DNA of 63,878 nucleotides, filler included, from Choristocarpus tenellus KU-1152 (lineage: Eukaryota; Protista; Phaeophyceae): NCBI GenBank assembly GCA_964200185.2. It is 13 parts of 13 records of this genome, joined end to end, with 100 filler letters (N's around TTAATTAATTAA, not from the genome) between each part and the next. Parts side by side here need not be neighbours in the genome. Positions count along the whole stretch, not along the records: positions 21,385 to 28,123 come from CAXNAD020007461.1; positions 28,224 to 38,844 come from CAXNAD020002824.1; 11 more parts are not named here. One strand, 5' to 3'. Each line of letters opens with the position of its first letter. Position 1 is the stretch's first letter. Below, piece after piece: positions 25,592 through 38,710 of the stretch. The notes beneath the pieces were generated by a model. That model saw nothing but the letters and a program-made list of their open reading frames with translations, made no database searches and had not been told where the DNA came from. The position numbers were made by a program, and so were the translations under genes.

Positions 25592-26460
25592 GTGTGCTCC
25601 AGGAAGGTCTCGAACTAAGTAGGGAACTACTTCAAGTTGATTGGGATAGAGGAAATTTCTTTTCAATGGAAGGCTGTAGCAGGAATTTTGCAAGATTCTT
25701 GATTTCTGTGTTCTGATTTCTTGCATTGGTTGTTGCTGGAGTTGTTACGAGATAGCAAACCGGGCTCAGATGTGTCATTTTTTTTTGTGATCCCCCGCAA
25801 GAGGCATTGCATTTGATTGTTGTTGTAGATGAGTCCACATCTTGCTTCTCTTTGGCCACTCAGACTGTTTGACTCATCCTGATATTGTAAATTGACTGTC
25901 TGCTACATAGGACAAGATTTGTCTGGTCCCTTTTCCTGCTTTGCCCCTGGAACATTGGATGATTCATTGATGGATGCTGTCTTTTCTCTCTACTTGGAGT
26001 ACTGCTTCACACTTTGAATCTCATCTCACATGTGTTTGTACCAAGCACTTGTAGTAAGAATTTTCAGTGTGAATGAAAGTATGCTCATGTTTTCTGTCAG
26101 TTTGAGGTGTATTGATGTGATGCAATGATATACACACTCTTGTCGGGTAGAAAGGGAGAACCATGAGTGGCCTGCTTCTTCCCTCTCCGACCTTTCTAAC
26201 ATGCTTGGTGCCTATGAAATGCTCCTGTGTACTTCAATGCGCAACCCTCTGCCCTCACTCCTGATATTACGAGTTGCGTAGGACTTGACTGTGCACAACA
26301 CTTACCTTTTCGTCGTTTCATAGTTCCCCACCTTGACATTTGAGTCAAATAAGTTAGCATATTCAATATTTTTTTGTATCAAACGCTCTCATGTATAAAC
26401 TCTTAACTTGAATATGTTGTCCACACCCCATCCCCTCTCCCCTACTATCTTCTACCTTAG

Positions 26461-26637
26461 GGGTTGGGTGGGGAATCTGGAGCAGGGACGGGCATTGGTG
26501 CTGGGGCTGGAGTTGTGGGAGGGCAGGTGGCTGCAGGGAAGTTATCATTGGCAACGCTGCAAGAACAAATTCGGGCACGGGCTGCTGCCCCCGAGAAGCT
26601 CAAGACCACCGGTGTCTCTTTCCAGGCCGTAGAAGAG
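26461..26637 (+). CDS. Exon 3 of RS/RD-rich protein (gene continues beyond contig)
   Basis: CCTTAG acceptor, 59 open codons GLGGESG...LQEQIRARAAAPEKLK...AVEE, donor GAG|GTGAAA. Confidence 0.75.
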
Positions 26638-28018
26638 GTGAAAACATGTAAAAAAATGCATGAAAACAGTAGGCATTGCTGTTTGAGTGTAGGATAGATG
26701 TTGGGAAGTTCAGTGTGAGGGGAAGGTGTTGCCAGCTGCATGGGGGACTGGGGGGCCTACATTTATGTTTTGGAGGGTTGTGAATCATAGTGATTGGATC
26801 GGTTTTGATTAATTTATAAAGAAAAAATGTAGTGTTGTAATAAAAACATTTTGATTAGTCTTTTATTTCCTTGCGTTTATGCATGCTGTGCTGGAAATTT
26901 GGTTGTGGGGTTTGTCTCTTTGCGTGCTGTGTTGAATTTTCCTCCTTGTGGTTTGCACTGCTTGGCAACTTCTGTGCACTTCAAATCAATTGAGGGCATC
27001 AAAGCCTTAAGCCAGTTAAATTCGTCCTCACTAGTATTTCCGATTAATAACTCTGTTTATCAGAGATATGGGGACTTGGGGGGGGTTGGAGAGGGTTTCT
27101 AGGTTGGATGGGATGACTGGGTGGGGGTGTCGCCTTTATTGATAAATATCCAAGATTCCATGTAGATCAAACCTTTAACAATTGTGCCCATTAATAAAAG
27201 AAGCTCTTTCTGTTGCGTTGCTGGGAAAAAGATGTAGAAGCTATAGAGTTGGCAGAACGGTAGGACTGGGAAAGGAACCGATGACCACTACTATGACTGG
27301 AATACTAGGATATCAATATTTAGATTAAGCAAGATGCCATATTGGGGAAAATAGTACCAAAGGGTACATTTTAATCTGAGGTGTTTGATTTATGTCAATA
27401 GGTTTATATTAATAGGTACTATGACACGGTAGCTTGTGGCTGACTCGTGGTTGGCTCCTAGCCATGGTGTTAGTGTAGACGCTGCCGCAATTAGCATGTA
27501 TGATTTTCTAAGTTGAAGTAAAATGCCTAGTAAACAGACACCTTTGGTCTTAGGGGATGGGGTGTGTGAGGCTGTAGTGGTATGCTGAGTCAGGGGTAGG
27601 TGTAGGTCATCTTCTGTGAGGGTAAGGATGATTGTTACAGATCAAGTGGGAGGAGGGGGAATGGGGGGACTTGGAATGAGTTATGGAGGTTGGGTGGGTG
27701 ATAGTGGTGCAGCTGGAGCAGGGAAGTGGGGAGGAAGGTGTAGCTGGGGTATTGTGGGGTGGTTGACTGATAAAGGGGTGGTGTAGACTGTTTTGAAGGA
27801 GTGCTCAGCGCAGCCACTACGTGGTTGAATCACCTGCCTTGAATAGTGAGTGATTTTAGGTGTTTTCTGTTGGAGGGAGACTATTTATTGGTTTTGATCC
27901 TGTGCATGCTGCGTTCTTTTCATGTTCTTGTGCGCTTGGTCAGTATGGTGCTCCTTCATGTAGTGTTGAAGCCATTGTGCCCTTTTGTTCTCATCACCCT
28001 GCCTTCTGTTGGAATTCC

Positions 28019-28053
<35 letters not shown>

Positions 28054-28123
28054 TTTTCTCTTTTTTTTTTTTTTCTTACTTGATTTGGAGCAAAAAATAG
28101 CTATGTAGGATGTTCTATTTTGT

Positions 28124-28223
28124 NNNNNNNNNNNNNNNNNNNNNNNNNNNNNNNNNNNNNNNNNNNNTTAATTAATTAANNNNNNNNNNNNNNNNNNNNN
28201 NNNNNNNNNNNNNNNNNNNNNNN
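28124..28223. other. Artificial contig linker
   Basis: N44-TTAATTAATTAA-N44. Confidence 0.98.
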
Positions 28224-28526
28224 CCACCCACCCACCCACCCTCCCACCCTTCCACCCTCCCACCTTCCTGAATCTTTTGCATCCCTTCACTTCTCTAGGA
28301 ATAACTTTTTGAAGTACGATGATTGTGCCTGTTTTGCCTTTTTGTCCCATCTGCATGCCAACGCCTCCTTTCCTCCATTCACTGTTGTCATACAACGATT
28401 AGTCGATTCCCAATTGCCACATTCTGTGGCCCGTTGCGTTTTTTTTCTTTTCATTTCTGATATGTTGTTCTCTGTCTGCCGTGGTATTGTTCTATATGTA
28501 AATATTAATATATATACATACTTCAG

Positions 28527-28627
28527 TTGCTGGGTGTCAAGATGGCAACCTTCCTCAACGAATCCGCAACTGTGACATGGATGGTGTTTGTGGCATTTAC
28601 CCTGCTGCACATATATGCCAATTACAG
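28527..28627 (+). CDS. RUS1: RUS1/DUF647 family protein, internal exon
   Basis: LLGVKMATFLNESATVTWMVFVAFTLLHIYANYR; LHIYANYR is the RUS family motif; CAG acceptor and GTGAGG donor. Confidence 0.88.
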
Positions 28628-29415
28628 GTGAGGGTGGTAGTCAAAACAAAACAGGCAGTGCCTATGGTAGCGTATCTACAGGCAGCAGCAGTAGCAGCAA
28701 CAGCAACAGTAGGTGACAGTAGTTGCACTCCACTCTCAATCACCTCTGGGACTACCGTGGAGGCCTGGTACTGAACGATGCTGCAGCAGTGCATGGTTTG
28801 ACCCATCCATTGGTGTAGTCAGGCTGTTGTGTGGCAGGATACCACTACCATTATGCTACTCTGAAGGACTAGGAATCTGTCTGCCTGGTCAATATTGTTC
28901 AGGAGGTTTTTACACCACAATTTGCTCCTCGTTTGAAATTTTTCTTAGTTTCTTCCGAATTGTTTGTTGGTTCATTGTGTACATGCGTGTGTGTAGTGGT
29001 TTGTTGTGTACAAGTGGCTTGTAAGCAGTCACGGGATGATGACAGTCATATCGTTTATGCATTTTTCCTATCTGCCAACGTATTGGCCACCTTCTCACCC
29101 TGTGTTAATGACGTGGATGTCCCCACCTAGACTTGCTTGCTTGCTTATTGCTTCATGCATCAGATCTAGCTGTTGGCGATAACTCCTGCACTTTTGGCAG
29201 TTACTGAGACTGATGGTTCCAAGTAATGAGGGCACCCTCATGCATGCACAAATATCATGGACCAAACGTTGATCACAAGCTCTCATTGTCAGCAGCCATT
29301 GGACAAATACGTCCGAACCAATTTGAAGTAAAGAATTGAGACGATCTCCGAGGAGGTGAACACTGAGAAAAGGGTTCTGAAAACTACGTGCCTTTTGAAA
29401 CACTAACTGCTGCAG

Positions 29416-29530
29416 ATGCATCTCGGCCCTCCATCTGGATACATTGAATAAGCAACGGGCCATGCTCTTGGTGCAGTCCTACATGGCTGGAAGGGTTCAT
29501 GAGATGCACCCCAAGTGGGTATCAAGCAAG
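29416..29530 (+). CDS. RUS1: RUS1/DUF647 family protein, internal exon
   Basis: CISALHLDTLNKQRAMLLVQSYM...WVSSK (TLNxxR motif); CTAAC branch site; GC donor AAG|GCACGT. Confidence 0.88.
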
Positions 29531-30720
29531 GCACGTGAGGTTATTGAAGTATGACAACCTGAGGGGCAAGAGAGCTGAGTGGGGGGGGGGGGAAGGTGTC
29601 GTGTATCGAAGGGAGGGGCTAATCTCAAGAGTTGGGTACTGCTTGGCTGGCGTTTTTTCTCTTACATCAATGTTGGTGATATGGTGTACCGATTGTGTAG
29701 GAGTATGCCTCACACTGTTGGCCTACCACGTTGAAGTACAGTGTAGGTGAAAAAAAAATTAAACACCTGTGAAAGAAAGTATGACCATCAAATGTTATGG
29801 TGCTGCTTGGTGTGTACCACTTCATTTGAGTCTGAATATTGCCTTCCCATGTAGTGTATTTATTTAAATGGTAGGTACTCCGGAGTATCACTCTGTAGGA
29901 GGATAGTTCAGATGGAAAGGCAAGGGTGCCTTCGTGATTATATATGTACGTGTGCGCGTGAATTTGTGATTTGTTCATTTTCCGTTTCAATTAATGATTC
30001 AAGTGTGTTTGTATGTACTACTATACAACACAGCAGTGCGTACTATTTTGGTGCACCTTTTTGATCACCCTGCTGTAGAGCTGCTTGCTACGCCAGGCCC
30101 AATACTAGTACAGGCTAGGTAGTTAGTTAGCAGTTGTGTTGGTATGAAGTGAAGAGGAGAGGCCAAATGTAACTGACATAGACAAGGTTGGCACTCTTGG
30201 ACTGCACTGCACACAACACAATGTCCTCTGATGTCATTGTAAGAGAAATTTGATTTCAAGGATTGGGGCCTTGTGGTTGGACTCTACTTGGGAGTTTGAT
30301 TTCGGCCCACAATCCTCAATTGCAAGCTTGGAAAGCTGTAGCCGTTTGTTTCCTTGGCCTCTTACGGCAACCTTGATTCATGCCCATGGTGATGCCTCCT
30401 TGAAGTGTGCACCTGAGGGCATGACCACTGCAGGAGACTAGTATGAACTCTGCCGCTCAACCTGGGAGGTTAGAATTGGAACACCTTGTGCATTTCGTTC
30501 CCTTGTATTGTTACTGGTCAAAATATAGCTGGCTGTTCCTGTTTCCTTGCTTCTGTGCCCTCAAGAACATGCTATCACCTTGCCTATATCGTCCACTTTT
30601 AGCGAATGCAGATAGTGCCTTGCTATGAACCGTGTGTTGAGATCATTCCTTTTGTCCCAAAGCACAATAGTTGCATTGCGACTTGCTTCCTGATTAAACC
30701 TTGACCTATCAATCCTTCAG

Positions 30721-30842
30721 GAGAGGGTGTGGACACCACTCTGGCTCTGGCTCCGATTCAAGAATCTGGGGTGTCGACTCTCGGGCGTGGCAGTAGACAG
30801 TAAGACCCTAACGTGGCTAACAAAGGTCTACAAGGAAGAACG
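30721..30842 (+). CDS. RUS1: RUS1/DUF647 family protein, internal exon
   Basis: ERVWTPLW...LGCRLS...LTKVYKEER; CCTTCAG acceptor, GTATGA donor. Confidence 0.85.
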
Positions 30843-31109
30843 GTATGATGGAAAGTCCTGCACCACTGTCCAATGGATGTTGACCTTTGGCTATGGGAAA
30901 TGGGATTGAGGCACAGGATCCACACTGGCATGACTTGGTTCACCCTCTTCTGCCCCACCCCTCTCCCCCATCCTCACTTCTACCATTCTTTCCACTGTGC
31001 TCCCCCCCCCGGCTGCGCCCCTCCTACAATCAAGCTCTCTCCCTCATCCAGTACCATCATAAGGCCTTCTTGACTTGGTTGTGGTTTCAACTGTTGTCTT
31101 GTCTCTCAG

Positions 31110-31224
31110 ATACATGACTGCCATGAACCCTGCCAAGGGGTCTTTGGGTGTGGTGCTTCATCCCAGTGCCACTCCGACAGACATGCTCAAGGCGTACTTC
31201 CACTGCGTTGTCTTCTGGGAAAAG
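31110..31224 (+). CDS. RUS1: RUS1/DUF647 family protein, internal exon
   Basis: YMTAM...VVLHPSATPTDMLKAYFHC; phases match both neighbours. Confidence 0.88.
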
Positions 31225-32662
31225 GTTAGTGGTTGATCTGCATCAGTAGAGTGTGATACCGAGCAAAAGGGAGAGCAACTCTTCCTTAATCTCGGGTGGG
31301 TAGTTACGGCAAGATTGAATGAGAGTGTGTTACAGGTGAAGGTACCAAGGGACATGGCAGCACTCTGTTTTGTCGGTATTGGTATTAACTGAATGGGATG
31401 TACCGGCTCTTTTTATAGGTTGAATGTATTGCCGCTCGTAGCACATTCTCCTGTGATCCCCCTTGATCATATCGTTATCGTCTCCATTGCTCTTCGTTGT
31501 TGTTTAGTGCTTGATTCTATTGAAAGTGTTCTTTCAAGTTAGCCTCGGCAAAAGAGTAGGTGAGCCTGCCCTGCCATAGGGGTTTCCTGCCTGAACTTGA
31601 TTTTGATCTACGTTAAGGATCGTTTTAACTGTCAACCCCTTGACAAGAAAATGGCAGTAGTATGTTATATGAGGAGCAGTTCTCCCCTTGTTGTTGTCAC
31701 CTTGTGAGCTGAACTCTGAATAGAATAATGGAGAGTGGGAGAGTTGTTGACCCCCATTGTATCCCCCACACTTCACCCCTGCGTTCTCTTGAAAACTTTC
31801 CCCACATAAACTAGTTGCAAGAGATAGGGACCCAGATGACAGACCTGAATGTAGAGAACTTCAGAAGGGGTGAATCTAAAGAGTTGCACTATGCACTACT
31901 ACTGATTATTTTCCTTTCGCCAGGAGTAACTCTACACACTTTTCTTTTTTTTAAGTGTTCTGAAGTGCTTTGCTCTTTGAATCGTTTTATCATTTTTCCT
32001 TCAGCAGTAGCAGTTGTAGCCGTCCCGATAGGAGCAGTGTGAGATCGAGAACTATTGTGAGGGCTGCTCAGTTCAGTTCTGAGGTAGGTATGAGAGGAAC
32101 GTGTCAACTGCACCCTCCCATGATACATACTCTGTCCAAATCTTGATATATCAGTCAGGGGCGTGGGTGAGGTAGAGATGTGTGTACAGTGCAACCCATG
32201 TGTTATGTGCATGGGCGAAGCATTCGTGTTAAAAATCGGTCAAGTTCTGTATTTATTCTCAAGTAGGAGTTAATTAGCTGCACTTGAGGAGTTTGAACCT
32301 TTGGGTGTGTAAATGCCTGTAGAAGATCTTGGTATGTGTTTTTGGTGTGTAACATTATTCCAAGGGTACAAGGTGATCCAGATTGTGTTGGAGCTCTCTC
32401 TCGCTCTCTCTCTATGCTGGGGCAAGCTGCACTCCTAAACAGCAAGATATTACACTTAGGAGTTGAGCTTTGTTATTGCAAAGGTTTCATGATTGTATAT
32501 GTTGAGCACTGAATTACTCCTAGTATTTGGCATTTAGAGAACTGTAGTAGCCCTTTGTCAATGTACAATGCCAGCATCCATGTTACAACTCTTGATCGTA
32601 GATCTCATCCCCTCTATCACCCTGGCACTTGCATGCACTTACTTTGGAACTCTTACTTACAG

Positions 32663-32878
32663 GCAGCTTTGCTTGGAGGGGGCATTGACGTGTCTGACGT
32701 CTTGCAGCACAAGAGGTGTAATGCTCTCCTGGCAGAGTCACAGGTTTACTGCCGTGATCACTTCGGGCAGTTTGCTTTTCTGCTCAAGGAGAATCAGTGG
32801 GAAGTGGATCACCTCCTCCTGGGATTCGGACCATGGAGATGTGAATGGGATCTCTCCTCTGGCATCAAGGATGAGTGA
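32663..32878 (+). CDS. RUS1: RUS1/DUF647 family protein, last coding exon
   Basis: FGQFAFLLKENQWEVDHLLLGFGPWRCEW...stop, matching the RUS C-terminal F..F...L...W......WR..W pattern. Confidence 0.85.
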   Translation, partial: AALLGGGIDVSDVLQHKRCNALLAESQVYCRDHFGQFAFLLKENQWEVDHLLLGFGPWRCEWDLSSGIKDE

Positions 32879-33460
32879 GAGGTGACTGTGTAGGTCTCTC
32901 TTTTTGTGACAACCATTTGCTCATTGCAAATGGGGGTGAGGGCGAGGGAGGTGAAGAGGAGGAAGGGTTTTACGGGACTGTTTCCTATCTGATGTGAACA
33001 GTTTTTGCTTTTGAACTTTCCTCAGGCCCTTTGTTTTCTGCCCTGCTGTGCAGTGTTTATATATACGCTTGTTTTCTATTTCTTTTCATTTGTAGAGTTT
33101 TTTTGTTCTGTACTTACAGCATATAGATGTACAGATATCTTTTCCTCTAGATGGCAGCGAGAGGTATAGAAAGGGAGGGTATAGAACTGTTGGAGGTACA
33201 CTGCCTACACTAGGAGAAGAAAGTTTGAGAATAGAATTTGGCTTCAACTGAATTCAAACCATGCCGTGTACACCTACCCTCCACCTTCATCTTTGGTCCA
33301 TGAGGAAAGTCATGAGATTGTGGGAGAATGCAATCTTTGGGTCCTACCAGTTGTGAATTGCTGACCCTATGGACCAAATGACGTGATGTAAGCCCTCCAT
33401 GTAATTATGACAAAATCACACCAGTAATCTAATTTTACTAGGACTATGGCTTGATGTACT

Positions 33461-33689
33461 GGCTCAAAGTATCTGGCACCCAGTACTCCATAGACCTATA
33501 TGTGGAGTGTGAGGTTGATGATGACTGGAGGGGGTGGCAGCTGTCCTTTCAGGGACCATTTTTCCATGTCACGATTTTTGGGTGATTTGGTGGCATGCAT
33601 CAGATGGATAATGTAAGCGCACTTCTCCTGGTCAGAGCCCGAATGGACACTCTGGTCTAGACCCCGCCCCCCCCCAGATACTTTGAGCC
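33461..33689. mobile_element. MITE family A with 52-bp internal insertion
   Basis: GGCTCAAAGTATCTGG ... CCAGATACTTTGAGCC; 3-bp TSD ACT; extra sequence 33477-33528. Confidence 0.9.
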
Positions 33690-34149
33690 ACTGCTGAATG
33701 TATCTGCTCCTTGCAATAGCTCTGTAGCGCATCCAGTATGTGGCAAGATTGTTTGTGGACTAACAGATTGCAACTGTGTTTTATGATGTCCCTATCCCTT
33801 TGGTGGACAAGCAAAGGATTTGGTCACAGTCACATCTGACCTCAAGCCAATAAACAATTTGTCTAACTTTCTGTGTTTACTACATGCTCTCTAATACAAT
33901 ACCCTTTGAAAACTTGCTCTATGCTGTCCTGAAATTGAGATGACATGCACATACAAGCAAAATGAACACCCATGTTTTTTGGTGGTTTGCAGTGTTTGAC
34001 TGGGAAATATCCTATTTCCGCCAAGAAAGGGGTGAGGTAAGTGAGGTAGCAATTTACTATGGAGTTGATAGATGAGTGGTTTCAGGCACAAAGTCATGCC
34101 TCAAGTCTTGCTACTGTATATCCTCCTGAGTAGAGTTCATCCGTGTCAT

Positions 34150-34810
34150 GCAGTGGCACAAGATTGTGGTGTCATATTGATAATGTCCTGGTACGACTAG
34201 TGGCTCCAGTTTCCCCGGCGAGAGACCTGGGCTGCTGGAAGTGGTTGGACCACTTGCTCACCAAAGGTGCCCCCATCTTGGAGAATAGTCACCACATGGT
34301 TACACCACACTTGGGGAGCAGTAGCCTGCCCAAGCCCCTCCTTCAAAACCTTTTTTAGGAGCTCCCTGAAAAAACTAATTACTACCAAGTCAGGACTCTT
34401 CCTTTCCTCTTCCTCCTTTCCTCTTCCTCCTTTCCTCTTCCTCCTTTCCTCTTCCTCCTTTCCTCTCTGGCAATCTCGTCCTTCCCCACTAGTTGTGAGA
34501 ATATTGAGATAACGGCTCAGAAATGTAGACCCCCATTGACAGGGTAAGTTGGATGGATGCACGGAGGATGAGCAACTTCCAAGGGTGTTGGTGTTTGGAG
34601 AGCTTGCAGATGGAAAAGGGAAGCAAAGTGGACAGGATGTTCTCAGAGAAGAATTGGGGCGTATGCCCTGCAACACAATCTCGAGAACTTTGGATTCGCA
34701 ATTGAGGGATGGACCACGAAAGGAAAGTCAACTAACAGAGGTGGTACGAATATGGGGTAGATGGCACAACAAGCTTCATGCCAGAATGGCATTCCAAGGG
34801 TCTATGTTAG
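34150..34810 (+). mobile_element. RTE-like non-LTR retrotransposon 3' remnant
   Basis: EDEQLPRVLVFGELADGKGKQSGQ...LREEL matches the RTE C-terminal RLPKxxLFGELxxGKR motif; interrupted by a CT-rich tandem at 34398-34467. Confidence 0.65.
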
Positions 34811-35090
34811 CTGATGTACATCATGCTAAACAAGTAACTAAGGCAGTCCAATCAATTGTCAGGATCACTTTCTGCCTTGTGGTACTTTCTCATTGTATTT
34901 TCCCATTCCTTTCGTTTCCTTTTGTATCATATGTGATAAGTGATGCTTTTTCTGACTGGATGATGGACCTGATATGAGTCAACTTATTTTTTGTTGTGTT
35001 TTGGTGCAAAATATCTCTTTTGTTACTCTACCAGTAGACACACTGGGTTCATTCTCTCGTTTCTTTTTCGTTTCTTCTCTCACTGCTTCT

Positions 35091-35352
35091 GAGCCAAACC
35101 AATTGCAAGGTGGGCAGGTTAAGACCCTTCTGCATTTTAAGCCATATTTCTCACCTTGTGCAATACACTTGATTTAATAGCTTTATGTACATAATAGTGT
35201 ACACATAATCGATATTCCCCCTTTTCACGCACAAAGTGGCAGCACAATTCACAGCAAAGGCTCCTTTTCCTACTGTAAAAAATTGAATGTTTTTGCCCCT
35301 TTCTCGGGCTTCTTAAAATGCAACCTTGCCTACCTCTCAGTTGGTTTGACTC
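35091..35352. mobile_element. MITE family C, complete copy (262 bp)
   Basis: GAGCCAAACCAATTG ... CAGTTGGTTTGACTC; 4-bp TSD TTCT. Confidence 0.92.
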
Positions 35353-36124
35353 TTCTTTTCTTTACTTTTCTTCTGTAGCATTTGTAAGTTAGCTTATCTC
35401 CTAGGTATCGTCTTTCGCCTCCTTTGACTTTTGACTACCTTTCGACTACGAGTTTGAGATCCCTAAAAAAAGGAACGTGGAATAGCATAATGGTTCTTTG
35501 TAAGAATGGAAATATTTCTCACGCATCGGTGTCGTGAAATTTAGATCTCGATAACGACCATGAGAGGCGGACATGTAGGTAGAAAAATTTCGTTTTTGGT
35601 TGAGGGTTCCTATGATTCATGAGGCTGAAAAGCGTGCACAAAAAAAGGGTGCTCCTCCGTTCCACTTCAAGAAATGCTGTTGTTGCATGATTGAAATACT
35701 ACAATCTGACCCACGATAACTACAATTGTAAGGTGTAAAAACTTGTGATTACTTGAGGCTGGTTAGACCATCAACTCGAACTCACTACATCTTTCCCCCT
35801 GACCACGCCATCCTACCTACACGGTTTCATATTTTAGATTTGTTGTGGTATTAGATGTGGTTAGTAGACGTTGCTCTCTCGTGTATGTGCGCTATTCTCC
35901 CACTGATTTGTGCACACACATAGATCGTATACCTGGACGTAGGGTTGCTTGCCGATATGGTTCCCATTATGCATAAACGTAACAAATGTATTCTGGGCTA
36001 TCACTGTCAATGTCGCTTCCTGCATTTCATTTTGATCTGTTCTTCCTTGTAGTGGTTATTACTCCTTTTCCGATATTTAGTACTTCTAGATGAGTTATTG
36101 TGGTAGTGAGCGCTGCTTCACATT

Positions 36125-36604
36125 GAGTCAAAGCAAACTAGAGGTGCCCAGAGTTGCATTTTAAGGATGCTGGCAAATATGTGCAAAATTTTACTTTTTA
36201 AGAATGCGTGTAGGATATTTTCCGAATTGTGTCCTAAAGTTTTAAACAACAAAGAAATCAACCCTCCAAAGTCAAACAGGAGACTTCATCCAAAAGAAAT
36301 ATGGGTGAATTGCAAAAGATTGAAAAACTATCTTAAAATGCAATACATCTAAAAAGTGGGTACCGTTGGAGGTTGAGCCACGTCCGTTTGTGGACCAAGA
36401 TCCAATGTTGAGATTTTGATGTTATTTTGGCTATTGTGTTTGATATGAACTGTCTATATCCTTGTTCCGGACACAGCTTTTCGTAACGTACATATTTTAC
36501 CTACTCCGAATTTCAGAGTAGGTAAAATGTCATAAAAAACCCGTGGGAGGCAAAGCCCCAAACAAACAGGGCAAAACTCGTACCCTCTAAGATGCTTTTC
36601 ACTC
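36125..36604. mobile_element. C-like left part joined to family B right part
   Basis: GAGTCAAAGCAAACTAGAGGT..GTTGCATTTTAAGGAT start; B interior from about 36370 ending TACCCTCTAAGATGCTTTTCACTC. Confidence 0.7.
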
Positions 36605-36966
36605 AAACTTTAAGTCATTTCTGTGTGCCAGACTTCACAAAGAATCCTGAAAACTTTGCCCTCCTATTGTAGAGATCTTGGAAGTCGAAATCTCTCCTCG
36701 ATCTCAGAGAAGCCATGGATTTGAATCCACTGTCAATGATGCACTTCGGAGTAGCAGTCCACTAAAGCATAACCAAGCTGCCGCAGAGAGAGAAAGTTGA
36801 CTCGTATGGGCTCATTGGTTAGGTGGCTGGAGAGTGAAAGGTATTAAGTTGGTATGAATCGCCCAGATCGACAATAAAAGAAGTATCTTGTAATATTACT
36901 CATGATCACACCAGTAAAATAAGATACAGTGCAGTGGCGTAGGCCAAACAGAGAGAGACGAGGAAC

Positions 36967-37225
36967 GATTTAACCAATTGATAAGTGGGCATGGTTGCAT
37001 TTTAAGGATCCTGAGAGAGGGCAATAATATACCATTTTGTACAATTGCAGAAAGAGCCTTTGCAGAATCATTGTGTCACTTTGTGTGCGGAAAGGGGAAT
37101 ATCAGTTTTGCGTGCACCACTTGGCACATAAGCAATGAAATAGAGTATATCCCACAGAGTAGCAAGAAGATAACTTTGAATGCAAAAAAGGGTCTAAACC
37201 TGCCAACCTCTTAATTGGTTGGCTC
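36967..37225. mobile_element. MITE family C copy
   Basis: AACCAATTGA ... ACCTCTTAATTGGTTGGCTC with C interior. Confidence 0.85.
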
Positions 37226-38460
37226 TATGTATGATGAAGGCTAACGGAGCATCTATCCGTGAAGGTCACACTATGAACTCTGTGATAGAGGAGAGATTGT
37301 GCATCGCTTCGAATCAAGAAAAGGAAAAGAAAAGTAGAAATATGTAGACCGCAAAATAGATATGACTTCTGGATATGTTTCTATGGGGTCACAAATCAGA
37401 GACTAAGAAAAATTCCTTCATTTTCCGTTGCCATTGCATCAACCCCCAAGTACTTCATCATGAGTCAAACCGTACAAACAGACGATTCATTTATCCTTCC
37501 CCCGTTCTTATAGAAGCACGATGTATGATAGTGAATGAGTTTGACAGTGACTACTACTGAACACACCTCTGTGTGGGAGCCATGTTCTGAAAGGGTAATT
37601 GGTTGGGGCTATGGATTTGCATACAGTGTCTAATTTTCAATGAACCAAAGCTGAAATCGTTGTGTTTTAAACAATGTGATGGCGTAATGATGTGCTGTCA
37701 AATCCACCAGGATGTGTGGTGACCGCGCCTTTATGTGTGTTCTTAAATCAATGTCATCGGTGAACTTGCCGACATTCCACACTTGTACACGTTGTTGGCA
37801 ATGAGTGATAGATGACAAAGTCCACATGTCCAACACTAGGTGTGCGATTATGCAGGGGAGTCAAGTTAGTAACAAGCTCATTGGAAAAAGAAAGCATGAA
37901 GAAAAAATACCCTCCTCCTAGTCGCCAAGGTCAATATTACACACAAGGCGGCTTAATGTTGTGCATCATGGATAACAAAAGAGGGTTGTGCTGGTGCAGA
38001 AAGAGGAGGGGAAGCTCCGCCAGTTAGTAGGCACTATGTTCCAGCAGCCCGAAGAGCCCCAGGAGGAGAGGAACAGCTTGTGTTGTGTGCCTAGCAGAAC
38101 ATGTGGGCTGTACTGAGGTGAAAAGAGGAAAGAAGCGAGCACAAGCCATGAAGCAGCTACAACAACAGGAAGAAGAACAGCACAGGGAGGCGATGCCTAG
38201 AGGGTAGTATGGATGGGAAGCGCTTGGTAGGAGGGGTGGACTGTGCTATTGAAGGTTTGTGTTTGTTTGACTGTGCAAAATTTAATGATGACCAGGATAA
38301 ATAAATAAATGCTCGTACATTACAGGTGACTTGGGGTCTGCGTGTGATTCTGGCTTCAAAGTGACCAAGAGGAAATTCTAAGGATATAGATAGCGCTCTA
38401 ATAATGAAGGCATCACGGGTCAGCCATACAGGATAATAATGACAAAATTGCGAGAGGCTT

Positions 38461-38710
38461 GAGCCAAGCCAATTGAGAGGTAGATAGAGTTTGCATTTTA
38501 GGGATCCCGAGAAAGGGAAAGAATAATGGGTTTTTTACAAGTCTAGAAAGAGCCTTTGCTTAATTATGGTGTCGCGTTGTGTGTGGAAAGGGGGAACCAA
38601 GTCTATTGTACACATAAAGCAAAGAAATAGAGTTTATTGGACATACTATGAACGATGGCTAAGAATGCAAAAAGGGTCCAAACCTGCCAACCTCTCCATT
38701 GGTTTGGCTC
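38461..38710. mobile_element. MITE family C, complete copy
   Basis: GAGCCAAGCCAATTGAGAGGT ... ACCTCTCCATTGGTTTGGCTC. Confidence 0.9.

Noticed and set aside
28628-28774. Ala/Ser-rich ORF after the first RUS1 exon
   Set aside because: Lies after a GT donor; RUS homology resumes at 29416, so it is intronic.
34197-34676. 159-aa minus ORF with KEEE repeats
   Set aside because: Produced by a CT-rich microsatellite within the RTE remnant.
36650-38110. Possible piggyBac-like transposase debris
   Set aside because: Only vague motifs and a Cys-rich patch; no catalytic motif, TIR or TTAA identified.
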